DNA of 64,000 bases from Chiloscyllium plagiosum (Eukaryota), in the NCBI RefSeq assembly GCF_004010195.1, contig NC_057718.1, positions 11,480,406 through 11,544,405 of the forward strand, written 5' to 3'. Made by a program: the position numbers and the translations under genes. Below the pieces are notes generated by a model that did no database searches, was not told the DNA's origin, and saw only the letters and a program-made list of their open reading frames with translations. Below, piece after piece: positions 12,613-26,000 of this stretch. How positions within the stretch are numbered: position 1 is the stretch's first letter; every line of letters begins with the position of its first letter.

Positions 12613-13563
12613 TCTTACATGATAGAAGAGGCCCATTGTAGCATGCTTCATATTGAGACCATGTAACATCCACTCACATTATAGCAGGGACTTAAGAGGA
12701 TGCCCAACAAAAATATTCGCTTCCATAGGTTCCCTAGGTGTTTAGTTGATGTGGTGGAGGCTGGTACAGTTACATTTAAAAAGCATCTGGATAGGTAAAT
12801 GATTAGGAAGAGTTTAGAAGGATATTGGCCTAATGCTGGCAAATGGGATTAGATTAATTTAGGAATATCTGGTCGGCATGGATGAGTTGGACTGACGGGT
12901 CTGTTTCTGTTGCTGTTCAGCTGTATCTCTGAGGTGTAATATTTGTGGTTCAGATCTTGCTCTAGGCAAGATTCAGGGGCTCACACTCTTTTAATAGAGC
13001 CCTATTGAAGGCATCAAATGAGATGTTAAACCTTATCCCTGTTTGCTTCCTCTGGGAGTGCAAAATGTCCCAGAGCACTGTCCTGAAAGTATGCAGAAAG
13101 CTCCTTACAAACATTGTGTATCGACATTTGCCGCGTACAAACTAGCTGCTGTGTCTCCTACTTGCAACAGTGATTGTACCTCGCAAAATACTGCACTGGC
13201 TATGAGGTACTTTCACACCTCCGATGGTCATGAAGAAGTCTATACAGATGCAAGTCAGAGTGACTATCCCGAGATAACTGCCTATTTGATATAGAATTGG
13301 GAAATTCTAAGATAAACCTCCCACTGTGGCAATCAATCGGAACAATTCCTTCAGCAAGGAATAAGCTACTTCTAATAGCACAGATTTCAGCTCATCATTG
13401 TGAGAGGATTCAGCCTCGGCTCTCAGCTGACTAGTGGGACTCAGAGCAACAGTTACATGTTGAATCGAATCTTGTGGAAACATTGTGACCTTAAAAAGTC
13501 TCACACAGGCAACACTGGTGTGTTACTTTGTTGCTAAAGTTTGTGAGGGTGACATGATTCTCA

Positions 13564-13776
13564 GAGGAGAAAGTGAGGTCTGCAGATGCTGGAGATCAGA
13601 GATGGAAATGTGTTGCTGGAAAAGCACAGCGGGTCAGGCAGCATCTAGGGAACAGGAGAATCGACGTTTCGGGCATTAGCCCTCCTGAAGAAGGGCTAAT
13701 GCCCGAAACATCGATTCTCCTGTTCCCTAGATGCTGCCTGACCTGCTGCGCTTTTCCAGCAACACATTTCCATCTA
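13564..13776. mobile_element. Fold-back Penelope-like mini-element (family A)
   Basis: CTGAAGA-AGGGC-TAAT-GCCC-GAAAC-ATC at 13685-13712; TSD tgacatgattctca at 13550-13563 and 13777-13790. Confidence 0.8.
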
Positions 13777-16424
13777 TGACATGATTCTCACTAAAGATAA
13801 CATTCCTTGCACATAATTAAGTTTATAAAGTCCTTGTGCAATTTAAGGTTTACATGAAGGCATAATCCAAAAAGTTCATTCAATGTTCAACCTCACTTTC
13901 AATGCTGTGTTAATGTTTCATTTCATTTCAGACATAAACCGGTTGTAAAAAAAACAGTCCCCAGAGGACTGTGGATGCTGGTGATCTGAAATTGCTGGAG
14001 AACTTCAGCAAGTCTGACCCCAAAACTTTAACTCTGCTTTCTATCCACTGTTGCTGCCACACCTGTTGAGTTTCTCCAGCAATTTCCATTGTTGTTATAA
14101 AATGGCAACAATACGAAATAAAGATAAACAACGTGTTATTTTTGAAAGTCCTGCAGCCCTTTACATTGAGAATTAGCCAGAAACCACAAATGACCAGTAG
14201 GTATCTCTGTGCAATGTGGAGAGCTCATTAAAGGTTACCTCCCTTCATTAGAGAGACAGAGGCAATTGGACTTTGAAACCTTCAGGGGCATCATTCTGCC
14301 ATTGGTCAAGGTGAGTAGATAGGACTCCATAAACACCTTCGACACACAGTGCCACCATAACAACACTAATATGAATGAAAAATATGAATTCAAGTTTGTA
14401 CATAGAACCGTGGAGTCATTCAGCATGGAAACAGACCCTTCGGTCCAACTCGTCCATGCTTACCAAGTTTCCCAAACTATCATTGACAATTTTCTGTGCA
14501 TCCATAGTTATCAAACTTTTAACTCCCACAGGAACATTATGTAATACATACAAGTGCTCATGTACATGTGTATATATGTAGATAGTAAATGTTTAGATTG
14601 ATATTCTTACATGTCTGTATTTAGGTATAGATTTATATGTTTGCCCTTCATAGATGATATTTTAATATCTAGGGGTACAATTACAACATTTAAAAGGCAT
14701 CTGGATGGGTATACGAATAGGAAAGGTTAGGAGGGATATGGGCCAAGGGCTGGCAAATGGGACTAGATTAATTTAGGGTATCTGGTCAGCATGGACGAGT
14801 TGGACTGAAGGGTCTGTTTCTGCATTGTATATCTCTATGACTCTATGACTCTATGTGGCAGTGAGGGAGTTGATGGCATCATGGGGTTATTGCTGGTCAA
14901 TCAATCCAGATACCCAGATAATGTTCCAGAAATCTGGGTTCAAATCCTGCTATGGTCGATGGTGAAGTTGAATTCAGTAAAAAATCTAGAATGAAGGGTC
15001 TGATGCTGACTATAAAACTATTGCGAGGGGAAAATTTCCCAATAAGGGAAGGAAACTACTGTCCTGACCTCTTCTCAATGACATGTGACTCCAGACTCAA
15101 CAACAATGTGATGGAATTTTAACTGCCCTCTGGGTAATTAGGAATGGGCAATCGATGCTGATGAGCCAGTATTGCCTACACTCTGTGAATGAATAAAAAA
15201 AGGGGCATTGATACAAGAATTGAACCTTTTTCTGAATGTTTTTTAAGCAAATTCTTTTTTAGCTTTCAATTCTGAAGAAGAATCAGAGGGGTCTCAAAAC
15301 ATAACTCTGTATTTACCTCCTGGATGCTTCCAGAACTGCTGGGTTGCTACTTTTATTGCAGATTTTGAGCATCTACAGTTCTTCAAGTGTCCCATTCAGC
15401 CTTAGCTTGAGTGAGCCGTATCTGTTCAGCTTGAGTCAATTTTTAAAATCTGAATTCTTTCAGCAAAAGCCTTGTTTCTGTAGCTTGTAACTAGTGAACG
15501 TTTGTGACCCTCAGTAACACCAGCAGCCAGGGATTGTGACATGCAGAGTTTCGTCGAGATAGCTCTCATTCACTGACACAGTGCTGACATTGTCAGGATG
15601 GAGTGAAGGGTCAGGCCTCTGCACAGGGATTGAGGTCAAACAATACAAAAAGAGGACGTAAAGCTGAGCTCTACTTTAAAGACTCGCATTTGGAAATGGA
15701 GCAGCGCACAGTTACAGGATGAAATCGAAACCCCGAACATTTCTAACTCTGCTACTCCACTGGAGATGCTCGAGTTGCAGAGAGAGATCATTCAGCACAT
15801 GGATCTCATGCAGTGGAGAAGTCCTGTCAGCCCCATTCCCACATGGTGACCCCAGAGCCCCTGAAAGTTTGCTTCCCTCAAGAGCACTTTTGAAAGCAAC
15901 CAATCACTAGCCTCATTAGCTGTGTGTTGCCCCAGTAAGTTCCAGTGTGTTTAGTGTCTGTATAAATTCACCAACTAAGATTAACTAACAAACCAAGAAA
16001 GGGCAAAGAGAGTTAATGCATTCTTGTCTGTTTGAAGTGTTTGGACTGTGCTGTGTGATCAGAGCTCATTAGTATCAATGTTAACTTGTGAATCCAAGCA
16101 GCAAGGCAGACTGTAATCGATGCCGGTTTCAATGTAAGCCCTGTCACAACTCCTCATCCTGTTAGGAGGTGATATCTCAATGTGAGATCAGTCTCCAAGC
16201 CGAGACGTTCATGTGAAGCCGTTCATCAATCATTTTAAAGAGCATTGAATCTTGTATCATTTCATGTCACGTCAAAGAATCACTTCTTACGTTTTTATGC
16301 AGCTCAGTCCTTCCAACTCATGCAAACCCACAGGGACGAACTTACTGTCGGTTCACATTCATTTGCATCAGGGTCACTGCAGCAAAGTTGAAAATTAGGA
16401 GAGAGGTAAATGGTTCCCCTCTCC

Positions 16425-16805
16425 ATACAGACAGACACACACACACACACACAAATACACACAAACATACACACATACAGATATACACACACACATATTT
16501 ACACACACACAGATATACACACACAGATACACACATACACATGCAACACACACACAAACACAAACATACATACACAACATATGCACAAATACAAACATAT
16601 ATACACATGTATACACACATGCATTGTCAGACACATCCATATACAGACAAATGCATACAGGTCAATGTGCATGTCTATACACATACACTGCACGCGCACA
16701 TTTACACATACATACAGGCATGTATACATCCATATTTACACATGTGTATAGTCATATGTATTTACACATATAAACATACACACATATTCGCACATACACA
16801 CACGT
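16425..16805. repeat. Degenerate (CA)n/(CATA)n microsatellite
   Basis: Composition. Confidence 0.9.
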
Positions 16806-17507
16806 GTTAATACTCATGTCGCTAAGCGGTAGCCAAGCGGTGGAGATGATTACTTGGCCTTTTCTTGCTGTTTTATTCAGAAAGAGTGGACCTGCCAGAA
16901 ACAGAGACTGACATCACCTCGCACTACCCGGCATCTAAAACGGTGCACAGAAAAACACTTTCTGTAACGACTGGGATTTATTACGAAAACACGCAAGCAC
17001 ACCCGAGATTTCTGCCAGAGTTTAATTAAATGCAAGTCCTTTGCTTGTTTTGTAGAATAGGCTTTCAAAGAGTGTTTGATTCACTTGTTCCCAGTGCATG
17101 CATCTTGCGCAACCCATGCCGCTTCCAATATAAACATGCTCGATGAGCTGGAACTCGTCCCCAGGGAGACAGCTCCGTTCTCTTAGGGCTTGTCTCGATG
17201 TGGAAGACAACGCAGGTTTATAACTGGCGACAAAAACTGGGAATTCAACAGATTGGATCAAGAAGTGAAAGATGAACAAAGGGGAGCTCCAGCTATTGGG
17301 AACTGGCACCTCAAACAATCCAATAAACCCCAGTGTAGAAATAGCTCTGATATATTGTAAAGAATGAAATAACAGCTCAGCTTTCTTATCTCATGAACAA
17401 CACCAAAACCTTCCACTGTCATTGCACTACTTTCCTCCAGCTCACAGTCACCAGCAAATCTTCCATCCTCGTCCAGGCTCCATTTCTCCTCGGATCTATT
17501 TGTTAAA

Positions 17508-18290
17508 TCATAGAGTCATGGAGATGTACAGCATGGAAACAGACTCTTCGGTCCAACCCGTCCATGCCGACCAGATATCCCAACCCAATCTAGTCCCACC
17601 TGCCAGCACCCGGCCCATATCCCTCCAAACACTTCCTATTCATATACCCATCCAAATGCCTCTTAAATGTTGCAATTGTACCAGCCTCCACCACTTCCTC
17701 TGGCAGCTCATTCCATACACATACCATCCTCTGAGTGAAAACGTTGCCCCCCAGGTCCCTTTTAAATCTTTCCCCTCTCATCTAAGCCTATGCCCTCTAG
17801 TTCTGGACTCCCCCATCACAGGGAAAAGACTTTGTCTATTTATCCTATCCATGCCCCTCATGATTTTATAAACGTCTATAAGGTCACCCTTCAGATTCCA
17901 ACGCTCCAGGGAAAACAGCCCCAACCTGTTCAACCTCTCCCTATAGCTCAAGTCCTCCAACCCTGCCAATATCCTTGTAGATGTTTTCTGAACCATTTCA
18001 AATTTCACAACATCTTTCCATTAGGAAGCCGACTAGAATTGCACACAATATTCCAACAGTGGCCTAACCAATGTCCTGTACAGCCGTAACATGACGTCCC
18101 AACTCCTGTACTCAATACTCTGACCAATAAAGGAAGGCATACCAAATGCCTTCTTCACTATCCTATCTACCTGCGACTCCACTTTCAAGGAGCTATGAAC
18201 CTGCACTCCAAGGTCTCTTTGTTCAGCAACACTCCCGAGGACCTTACCATTAAGTGTATAAGTCCTGCTAAGATTAGCTTTCCCAAAATT
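17508..18290 (-). mobile_element. CR1 LINE 3' fragment ((CTATGACT)n-tailed family)
   Basis: RDLGVQVH...LYRTLVRPLLEYCVQF...WNELPEEVVEAG; microsatellite tail. Confidence 0.92.
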
Positions 18291-20614
18291 CTCATCACTC
18301 ATTTAAAATCTCTGCTGGCCACTTACTCTCACCAACTACCTATCTATTAAGTTTATCCATTATTTCCATCTGTGCGAATCCAGAAATAGCTCTTCTAAAT
18401 TTCTCCATGACTACACCCTCCTCAACCCTGCAGCCTCCTCCATGGGATTCGAATAGTTAAGTAGTTGTGCTTGACTGGTATGGACATGACGGGCCGAAGG
18501 GTCTTTGCTGTGCTATAGGTCTCTATGACTCTACTCCTCTCTCACTCTGCACCCTTATGGGCTTCTTGACCACAAATGTCTTCACTTCTTCCTAGGCCCC
18601 TAGCTCTGGAATTCTCTTCTAACCTCCCACTAAAACCTCCCTCCTTGTGGTCCCATGTCCTGGTATCTCCTTACGATTTTTAACGTCAGATTTTGCTTGA
18701 TTATTCTCCTGTGATGAGCCGTGCAATGTTTCCCTACTTGTTGTCTTAGCTATTCTTGACTATCTCAACAATTTTCCCAAATCAATCTGACTCCTATGTT
18801 CATTTGAATGTTCTTCCAATCTCTTGCCCTACTCTAAGTCTGAATTACCCACCACTGTCTCATTAACATCTGCGGGGATGAATTGTTCAGAAATCCATTG
18901 GATATGGGCGGGGTGCTGGCAGGTGGGACCAGCTTGGGTTGGGATATCTGGTTGGCATGGACGGGTTGGACTGAAGGGTCTGTTTCCATGCTGTACATCT
19001 CTATGACTCTATGACTCTATGTGTCTTGAATGTTGATAGCCATTGTGGTATGTTCAATCTCCGCCTAGAATAGAACAGCAATTTATGTCACATGTATTTT
19101 TACAAAAAAAACAGCAAAAGGCTTTTTAAGTTGCTATACAACGATGTCATAGCTATTACATGTAAACTCAGGTCATTGGAAATAAATCCGTGTCATAGTC
19201 TATATTATTGTTCTAATTTGCGTTGGAAAGTTTATTGTCAAATCGTGGAATCCTGTATCTATTAGGAAGTTCATTGGATCTCACCTTTTGTGACTGTAAA
19301 GATAAAGATTGCTTGTCCCTCAGCAAATTGTAAGATAATTTGATGATCTTGACCAGGATTGTAATGTGAAGTTGCAAATCTGGTCTAGGATCATAACATT
19401 CTGCAATTAGCCTTTTATTGCCAAGGTGAGGGAATAGAAAAGGTCAGGAATTATTGCTACAATTCGGTGAGACCACATTCCCAATCTAAAGAGGGATATA
19501 CTCACATTGGAAGCAGTTCAGAGAGGGTTCACTTGGCTGATTCCTGGGATATAGGCATTTGTCTTATGTGGAAAGTTTGAGCAGGTTGGGTCTGTACTCA
19601 TTGGAGTCTAGGTGAATGAGAGGTAACCCATTGAAAGCTAAGATATTCTGAGGGGAGTTGATGGGGTAGATGGTGAAAGGATATTTCCACACATTGTGGT
19701 GGGTGGGTAGGTGTCAGGGGATACAGCTTCAAATTAAATGGTCTCCCATTTAAGACAAAAGTGAGAATGAACTTAATTCCCTGAAGGGACCATAGTGTTC
19801 ATAATTCTCTTTCCCCCAGTGAGGCTGGGACATTGGATATATTCAAGGCTGAGTTAGACAGGTTTTGATTGATGAGAGAGCTGAGTGAATGGAGCTAATT
19901 GTGTCTGTCATGATCTCATTGAGGCAGTTCAGGCTTGAAGGTCTGAAGGACCTAATCCTGCCCCATGTTCTTATTTCTCATGACCTTATTGTTATTACCA
20001 CACTCAGCAATGTCATAACTATCTTGTCTGGTCTATAAGAAAGGGCTGCCTTTCTTATGGATCTATTTCTGGCCCTTAGCCATCTCCCCCTTCACTGTGA
20101 AATATTTCACTGGAAATTTTTTTGTCTTGAAAAAGATGCAAAATATTAGTTTACTAACTCAGCCATGACTTCTGCCTCGGTACATAGATCCTTTTATTGG
20201 TCCCAAGTGAACAGCAGCTCTGCTTTGGCCATCTTTCCCATTGTTTATATACCTATAGGAGACTTTGGATTTTATGTTACACTAGTAACCAGTCTCTTCT
20301 CAGACCCCGTCTTTGTTTCTCCTTCTTCCTACTCCTCTGTCCCTCTGTACATTCAGCAGTCAGCCTGGCTCCCAGTGGTATTATCAGCCTTTCAGTTGTC
20401 CCCTCCTTCGTGTCCATCTTGGTGTTGACACTTTTCTCATTTCTTCTGGTTTCGTTTACATGACCTTTCCCCTTTCTGGGAATGCGTTCTGGTTTCCCAC
20501 AAAACTTTCGTCCCAAAGGAAAACCGATTGCTTCCTTGTTGCTCTTGACCGTGAAGAATATTTTCTTGCATCAGAATTGCTCCCCTGAGAATACCATTAA
20601 CCCCTCCCCCGATC

Positions 20615-23315
20615 GCCGTGTCACTGGGAGAGCTGGGCCGTGTCACTGGGAGAGCTGGGCCGTGTCACTGGGAGAGCTGGGCCGTGTCACTGGGAGAGCT
20701 GGGCCGTGTCACTGGGAGAGCTGGGCCGTGTCACTGGGAGAGCTGGGCCGTGTCACTGGGAGAGCTGGGCCGTGTCACTGGGAGAGCTGGGCCGTGTCAC
20801 TGGGAGAGCTGGGCCGTGTCACTGGGAGAGCTGGGCCGTGTCACTGGGAGAGCTGGGCCGTGTCACTGGGAGAGCTGGGCCGTGTCACTGGGAGAGCTGG
20901 GCCGTGTCACTGGGAGAGCTGGGCCGTGTCACTGGGAGAGCTGGGCCGTGTCACTGGGAGAGCTGGGCCGTGTCACTGGGAGAGCTGGGCCGTGTCACTG
21001 GGAGAGCTGGGCCGTGTCACTGGGAGAGCTGGGCCGTGTCACTGGGAGAGCTGGGCCGTGTCACTGGGAGAGCTGGGCCGTGTCACTGGGAGAGCTGGGC
21101 CGTGTCACTGGGAGAGCTGGGCCGTGTCACTGGGAGAGCTGGGCCGTGTCACTGGGAGAGCTGGGCCGTGTCACTGGGAGAGCTGGGCCGTGTCACTGGG
21201 AGAGCTGGGCCGTGTCACTGGGAGAGCTGGGCCGTGTCACTGGGAGAGCTGGGCCGTGTCACTGGGAGAGCTGGGCCGTGTCACTGGGAGAGCTGGGCCG
21301 TGTCACTGGGAGAGCTGGGCCGTGTCACTGGGAGAGCTGGGCCGTGTCACTGGGAGAGCTGGGCCGTGTCACTGGGAGAGCTGGGCCGTGTCACTGGGAG
21401 AGCTGGGCCGTGTCACTGGGAGAGCTGGGCCGTGTCACTGGGAGAGCTGGGCCGTGTCACTGGGAGAGCTGGGCCGTGTCACTGGGAGAGCTGGGCCGTG
21501 TCACTGGGAGAGCTGGGCCGTGTCACTGGGAGAGCTGGGCCGTGTCACTGGGAGAGCTGGGCCGTGTCACTGGGAGAGCTGGGCCGTGTCACTGGGAGAG
21601 CTGGGCCGTGTCACTGGGAGAGCTGGGCCGTGTCACTGGGAGAGCTGGGCCGTGTCACTGGGAGAGCTGGGCCGTGTCACTGGGAGAGCTGGGCCGTGTC
21701 ACTGGGAGAGCTGGGCCGTGTCACTGGGAGAGCTGGGCCGTGTCACTGGGAGAGCTGGGCCGTGTCACTGGGAGAGCTGGGCCGTGTCACTGGGAGAGCT
21801 GGGCCGTGTCACTGGGAGTGCTGGGCTGTGTCACTGGGAGAGCTGGGCTGTGTCACTGGGAGAGCTGAGCCCCGTCACTGGGAGAGCTGGGCCATGTCAC
21901 TGGGAGTGCTGGGCCCGTCACTGGGAGAGCTGGGCCCGTCACTGGGAGAGCTGGGCTGTGTCACTGGGAGAGCTGGGCTGTGTCACTGGGAGAGGTGGGC
22001 CCCATCACTGGGAGAGCTGGGCCGTGTCACTGGGAGAGCTGGGCCGTGTCACTGGGAGAGCTGGGCCGTGTCACTGGGAGAGCTGGGCCCGTCACTGAGA
22101 GAGCTGGGCTGTGTCACTGGGAGTGCTGGGCTGTGTCACTGGGAGAGCTGGGCCGTGTCACTGGGAGAGCTGGGCTGTGTCACTGGGAGAGCTGGTCCGT
22201 GTCACTGGGAGAGCTGGGCTGTGTCACTGGGAGAGCTGGGCTGTGTCACTGGGAGTGCTGGGCCGTGTCACTGGGAGAGCTGGGCCCGTCACTGGGAGAG
22301 CTGAGCCCCGTCACTGGGAGAGCTGGGCTGTGTCACTGGGAGAGCTGGGCTGTGTCACTGGGAGTGCTGGGCCCTGTCACTGGGAGTGCTGGGCCGTGTC
22401 ACTGGGAGAGCTGGGCCGTGTCACTGGGAGAGGTGGGCCGTGTCACTGGGAGTGCTGGGCCGTGTCACTGGGAGAGCTGAGCCCCGTCACCAGGAGAGCT
22501 GGGCTGTGTCACTGGGAGAGCTGGGATGTGTCACTGGGAGAGCTGGGCCGTGTCACTGGGAGTGCTGGGCCGTGTCACTGGGAGAGCTGGGCCGTGTCAC
22601 TGGGAGAGCCGGTCCGTGTCACTGGGAGAGCTGGGCCGTGTCACTGGGAGAGCTGGGCCGTGTCACTGGGAGAGCTGGGCCCGTCACTGGGAGAGCCGGG
22701 CCCTGTCACTGGGAGAGGTGGGCCCTGTCACTGGGAGTGCTGGGCCGTGTCACTGGGAGAGGTGGGCCGTGTCACTGGGAGAGGTGGGCCGTGTCACTGG
22801 GAGTGCTGGGCCGTGTCACTGGGAGAGCTGAGCCCCGTCACCGGGAGAGCTGGGCCGTGTCACTGGGAGAGCTGGGCCGTGTCACTGGGAGAGCTGGTCC
22901 GTGTCACTGGGAGAGGTGGGCTGTGTCACGGGGAGAGCTGGGCCGTGTCACTGGGAGAGCTGGGCTGTGTCACTGGGAGAGCTGGGCCGTGTCACTGGGA
23001 GAGCTGAGCCCCGTCACTGGGAGAGCTGGGCCGTGTCACTGGGAGTGCTGGGCTGTGTCACTGGGAGAGCTGGGCTGTGTCACTGGGAGAGCTGGGCTGT
23101 GTCACTGGGAGAGCTGAGCCCCATCACTGGGAGAGCTAGGCCGTGTCACTGGGAGAGCTGGGCCGTGTCACTGGGAGAGCTGGGCCCGTCACTGGGAGAG
23201 CTGGGCCCGTCACTGGGAGAGCTGGCCGTGTCACTGGGCGAGGTGGGCTGTGTCACTGGGAGTGCTGGGCCGTGTCACTGGGAGAGCTGGGCCGTGTCAC
23301 TGGGAGAGCTGGGCC
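20615..23315. repeat. Minisatellite, 22-bp unit (CCGTGTCACTGGGAGAGCTGGG)
   Basis: About 54 identical copies to ~21817, then variant 21-22-bp copies. Confidence 0.98.
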
Positions 23316-25456
23316 TTATTATTGAGACAGTTGGAGGTGAATGGCAGATGCTTTTCATTATGTTTCTCTTTCCAAAGTTTTAAAAGTTAAGTTTGAAGAT
23401 TGATGATTATAATTATATGGGGAGGTGATGGTGGACTGTGAGTGCTGCATGAAAACAACAGAAACTGCTCCTATGCAACATGTCTGAGCTTTATCTCTAC
23501 ACTGCCATTTGCGTGCGACTGCAGTCATGTCAATGATCGATTAGTGACCACAACCTGATCTCTTTATTCCAGAAGCATCTGCAGATCAGAACACAATTGC
23601 TCTCTCCCCTCCTGCTTTCAGCTTCAATTACAAGTGTGACAGATCCATAATTGTAAGGACTGTGCCTTTTTGTGTTTGTACTTTTTAAAAGTGTTGGCTG
23701 AAATGGGAAATAATTGTTTTAAAGCTGCTGTTTTTAAAAGGATTGCTGCATGTTTTCAAAAGCAATTAACCTGACCCTCATGGCAAACATTGGGTAAACT
23801 GCTGTTTGCAGATGAACTGTGTACAAATGGGGCTAGATGGCAGCAAGAAGTTGGTTGGTCTATGAACTAGTGACCAGTTATTGATGACTGAAGTCTTCTG
23901 CCTGCCAACAACCATGTGATTGGTTCTCAGGTAACTGAACAGCTTGAGACGGGGAATAACACAGGGACAAGGCATCTCTGTTCTCTGTAGTGAAACCATT
24001 TTAAACCTGAAGAAAACCAATTTCTCTTTCCTTCAGCAGTTGTTGTTAAGCTGTGACTTTTAACTGAGACCTCTTATAAGTAAACCAGACACCCTGTGCC
24101 TCCTGCAAACCAGTGGAAGCATCTGGAGAAAGATGACTGAAGAACTTTATCAGCAATCAGTTGAATAGAAACCACTAACCTGCCTTCCCATTTTTTCTCC
24201 ATCCATGACCAATTTTTCCTTGTTTGTCTGACTGTATGTGCATGTAAAGGGGTGTTTATAAATGGAAAAAAGTCTTAATTTGCGGTATGATAGTTTATAA
24301 TAAGCTGGAGTAGAATTACTGGTAAAAGTGATTTTTGTTCAGCACAGAAACCTTGCCTGTGCTTTGTGAGCCTGAAAATCAAATAAATTGATGAATCTTG
24401 ATTACTTATTTTAAAATCTTTAAATTTGTGACAATTTGTGAATAACAACCCTTGATTTACTGCTTACTAGCCAGTCGGTTATGAGATATTACTCAGTGGT
24501 GTACAGTGGATGTTAGTTGCTGACATCTTGGCCTGAGTTAGTGGTGGGATGGGTTAAGCATACATTGGCCCTCTCCCCAACCCCACTGGCTCAATGGGAG
24601 TGGACTGAGAACCCCACCTGCCTGATTAAAAGCCACCTATCTCAAAGTGAAGTGGGGAGGGCAGGCACAAGATTCACCTCCTTATGTTAGTCACGAAACA
24701 GTGGAGTCAATTTCCCTCAGTCCCCATTCATCTGACCTCCAGCAATGCTATCAAAAACAGGCTTTAGCTTTGTGGGATTTTGCTATGCACAGCATATCAG
24801 CACCGCCTGACTGCATACTGACAGTAGGTGGTTTTCAAAGTCATTTTCCAATATCAACAGAAGGCAAGGTGCTCAATAAAACTGTTTCCCACTGAAATGT
24901 TTTATGAGTGAAAGCAAGAGTTCACTGTTCCACTTATTGCATTTTTTTTGCAAAAGGGAAAATAAAATCCATACTTTCCTTTTTTTTTCCACATTTGGAT
25001 TTTTGGCACAGGGACCCTTGAAACAAGAATAAATCTTCCAGGGAAATAAATGCTTCCCAATCAGAGGCATCCTTCCACAATCCCCTCAGGTATCATCCGC
25101 AAGTTTCTGAAATAGATTTGCTGGAATTGAGCTGCCATAGGTGGATATCCAAACTGCAGAGTCTTCAGCGAGACCCCCATCGCTCACCACAGGAAGCAAG
25201 AACCATTCACGTTTTCCATCGACTTTTGAAAACTACAGAACAGTGAAGAATCTAGCCAAACCAAAGTCAGGTTTCCCCATTGAATACACTCCCAGTTAGG
25301 CTTAGAAGTTGCACACCTCTGACTGTAAGATTGCAAAGTGGAAGAGATGATTTTCATCCAAAGAGGAAGTCAACCCAGCAAGGCTCAAAGAGGGAATACC
25401 TGCAGCGTTGGGTTTTTTTTTGTCATTATCCAGGTTTAACACATGCAGAATGGAGT

Positions 25457-25661
25457 TGACAGAGTAGTGCTGGGAAAGCACAGCAGCTCAGGCAGCATCC
25501 GAGGACCAGGAAAATCGATGTTTCGGGCAAAAGCCCTTCATCAGGAATGAAGCCCAAAAAGTCGATTTTTCTGCTCCTCGGATGCTGCCTGACCTGCTGT
25601 GCTTTTCCAGCACCACTGTCTCAACCCTAATCTCCAGCATCTGCAGTCCTCACTTTCACCA
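25457..25661. mobile_element. Fold-back Penelope-like mini-element (family A)
   Basis: Minus-strand hammerhead-like core at 25544-25517; TSD acRtgcagaatggagt at 25441-25456 and 25662-25677 (1 mismatch). Confidence 0.75.
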
Positions 25662-25843
25662 ACGTGCAGAATGGAGTCCAGACAGATTAGAGGGTGGGTT
25701 CTTTCACAGCAAAGATCAGGAAAGGAGTACGGGCAGAAAATTATTAGCTAAATATTCTCAGTGAGCATTGTCAGTTCAACATAGGGTCAAGGGTCAAACT
25801 TGTGCCCACACCTCCGCCACCCTTCCCCCTCCCCCCCATCCTA

Positions 25844-25990
25844 GGTCCTAAAGGAGCCTTCCGTATCCACCAGAGATTTTGCTGCACATCCACCCACCTC
25901 ATCTACTGCGTCCGCTGCTCTCGATGTGATCTCCTCCACACCGGGGAGACAGGACACCAACTCACGGACCGTTTCACGGAACATCTCTAG
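25844..25990 (+). mobile_element. Penelope-like element GIY-YIG endonuclease remnant
   Basis: GPKGAFRIHQRFCCTSTHLIYCVRCSRCDLLHTGETGHQLTDRFTEHL fits the F-x-C-x-S...IY-x3-CxxC...(YI)GET-x2-L-x2-R-x2-EH pattern, with the YIG part decayed to HTG. Confidence 0.75.
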
Positions 25991-26000
25991 GACACACTAA

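Noticed and set aside
20482..23383. Long ORFs (up to 554 aa) in all three + frames
   Set aside because: They are translations of a stop-free 22-bp tandem unit; the same 22-aa peptide cycles through all frames.
23630..24490. Possible solo LTR (also ~26910-27130 and ~48595-49180)
   Set aside because: No clear TG...CA ends with TSD, primer-binding site or internal domain could be established by eye.
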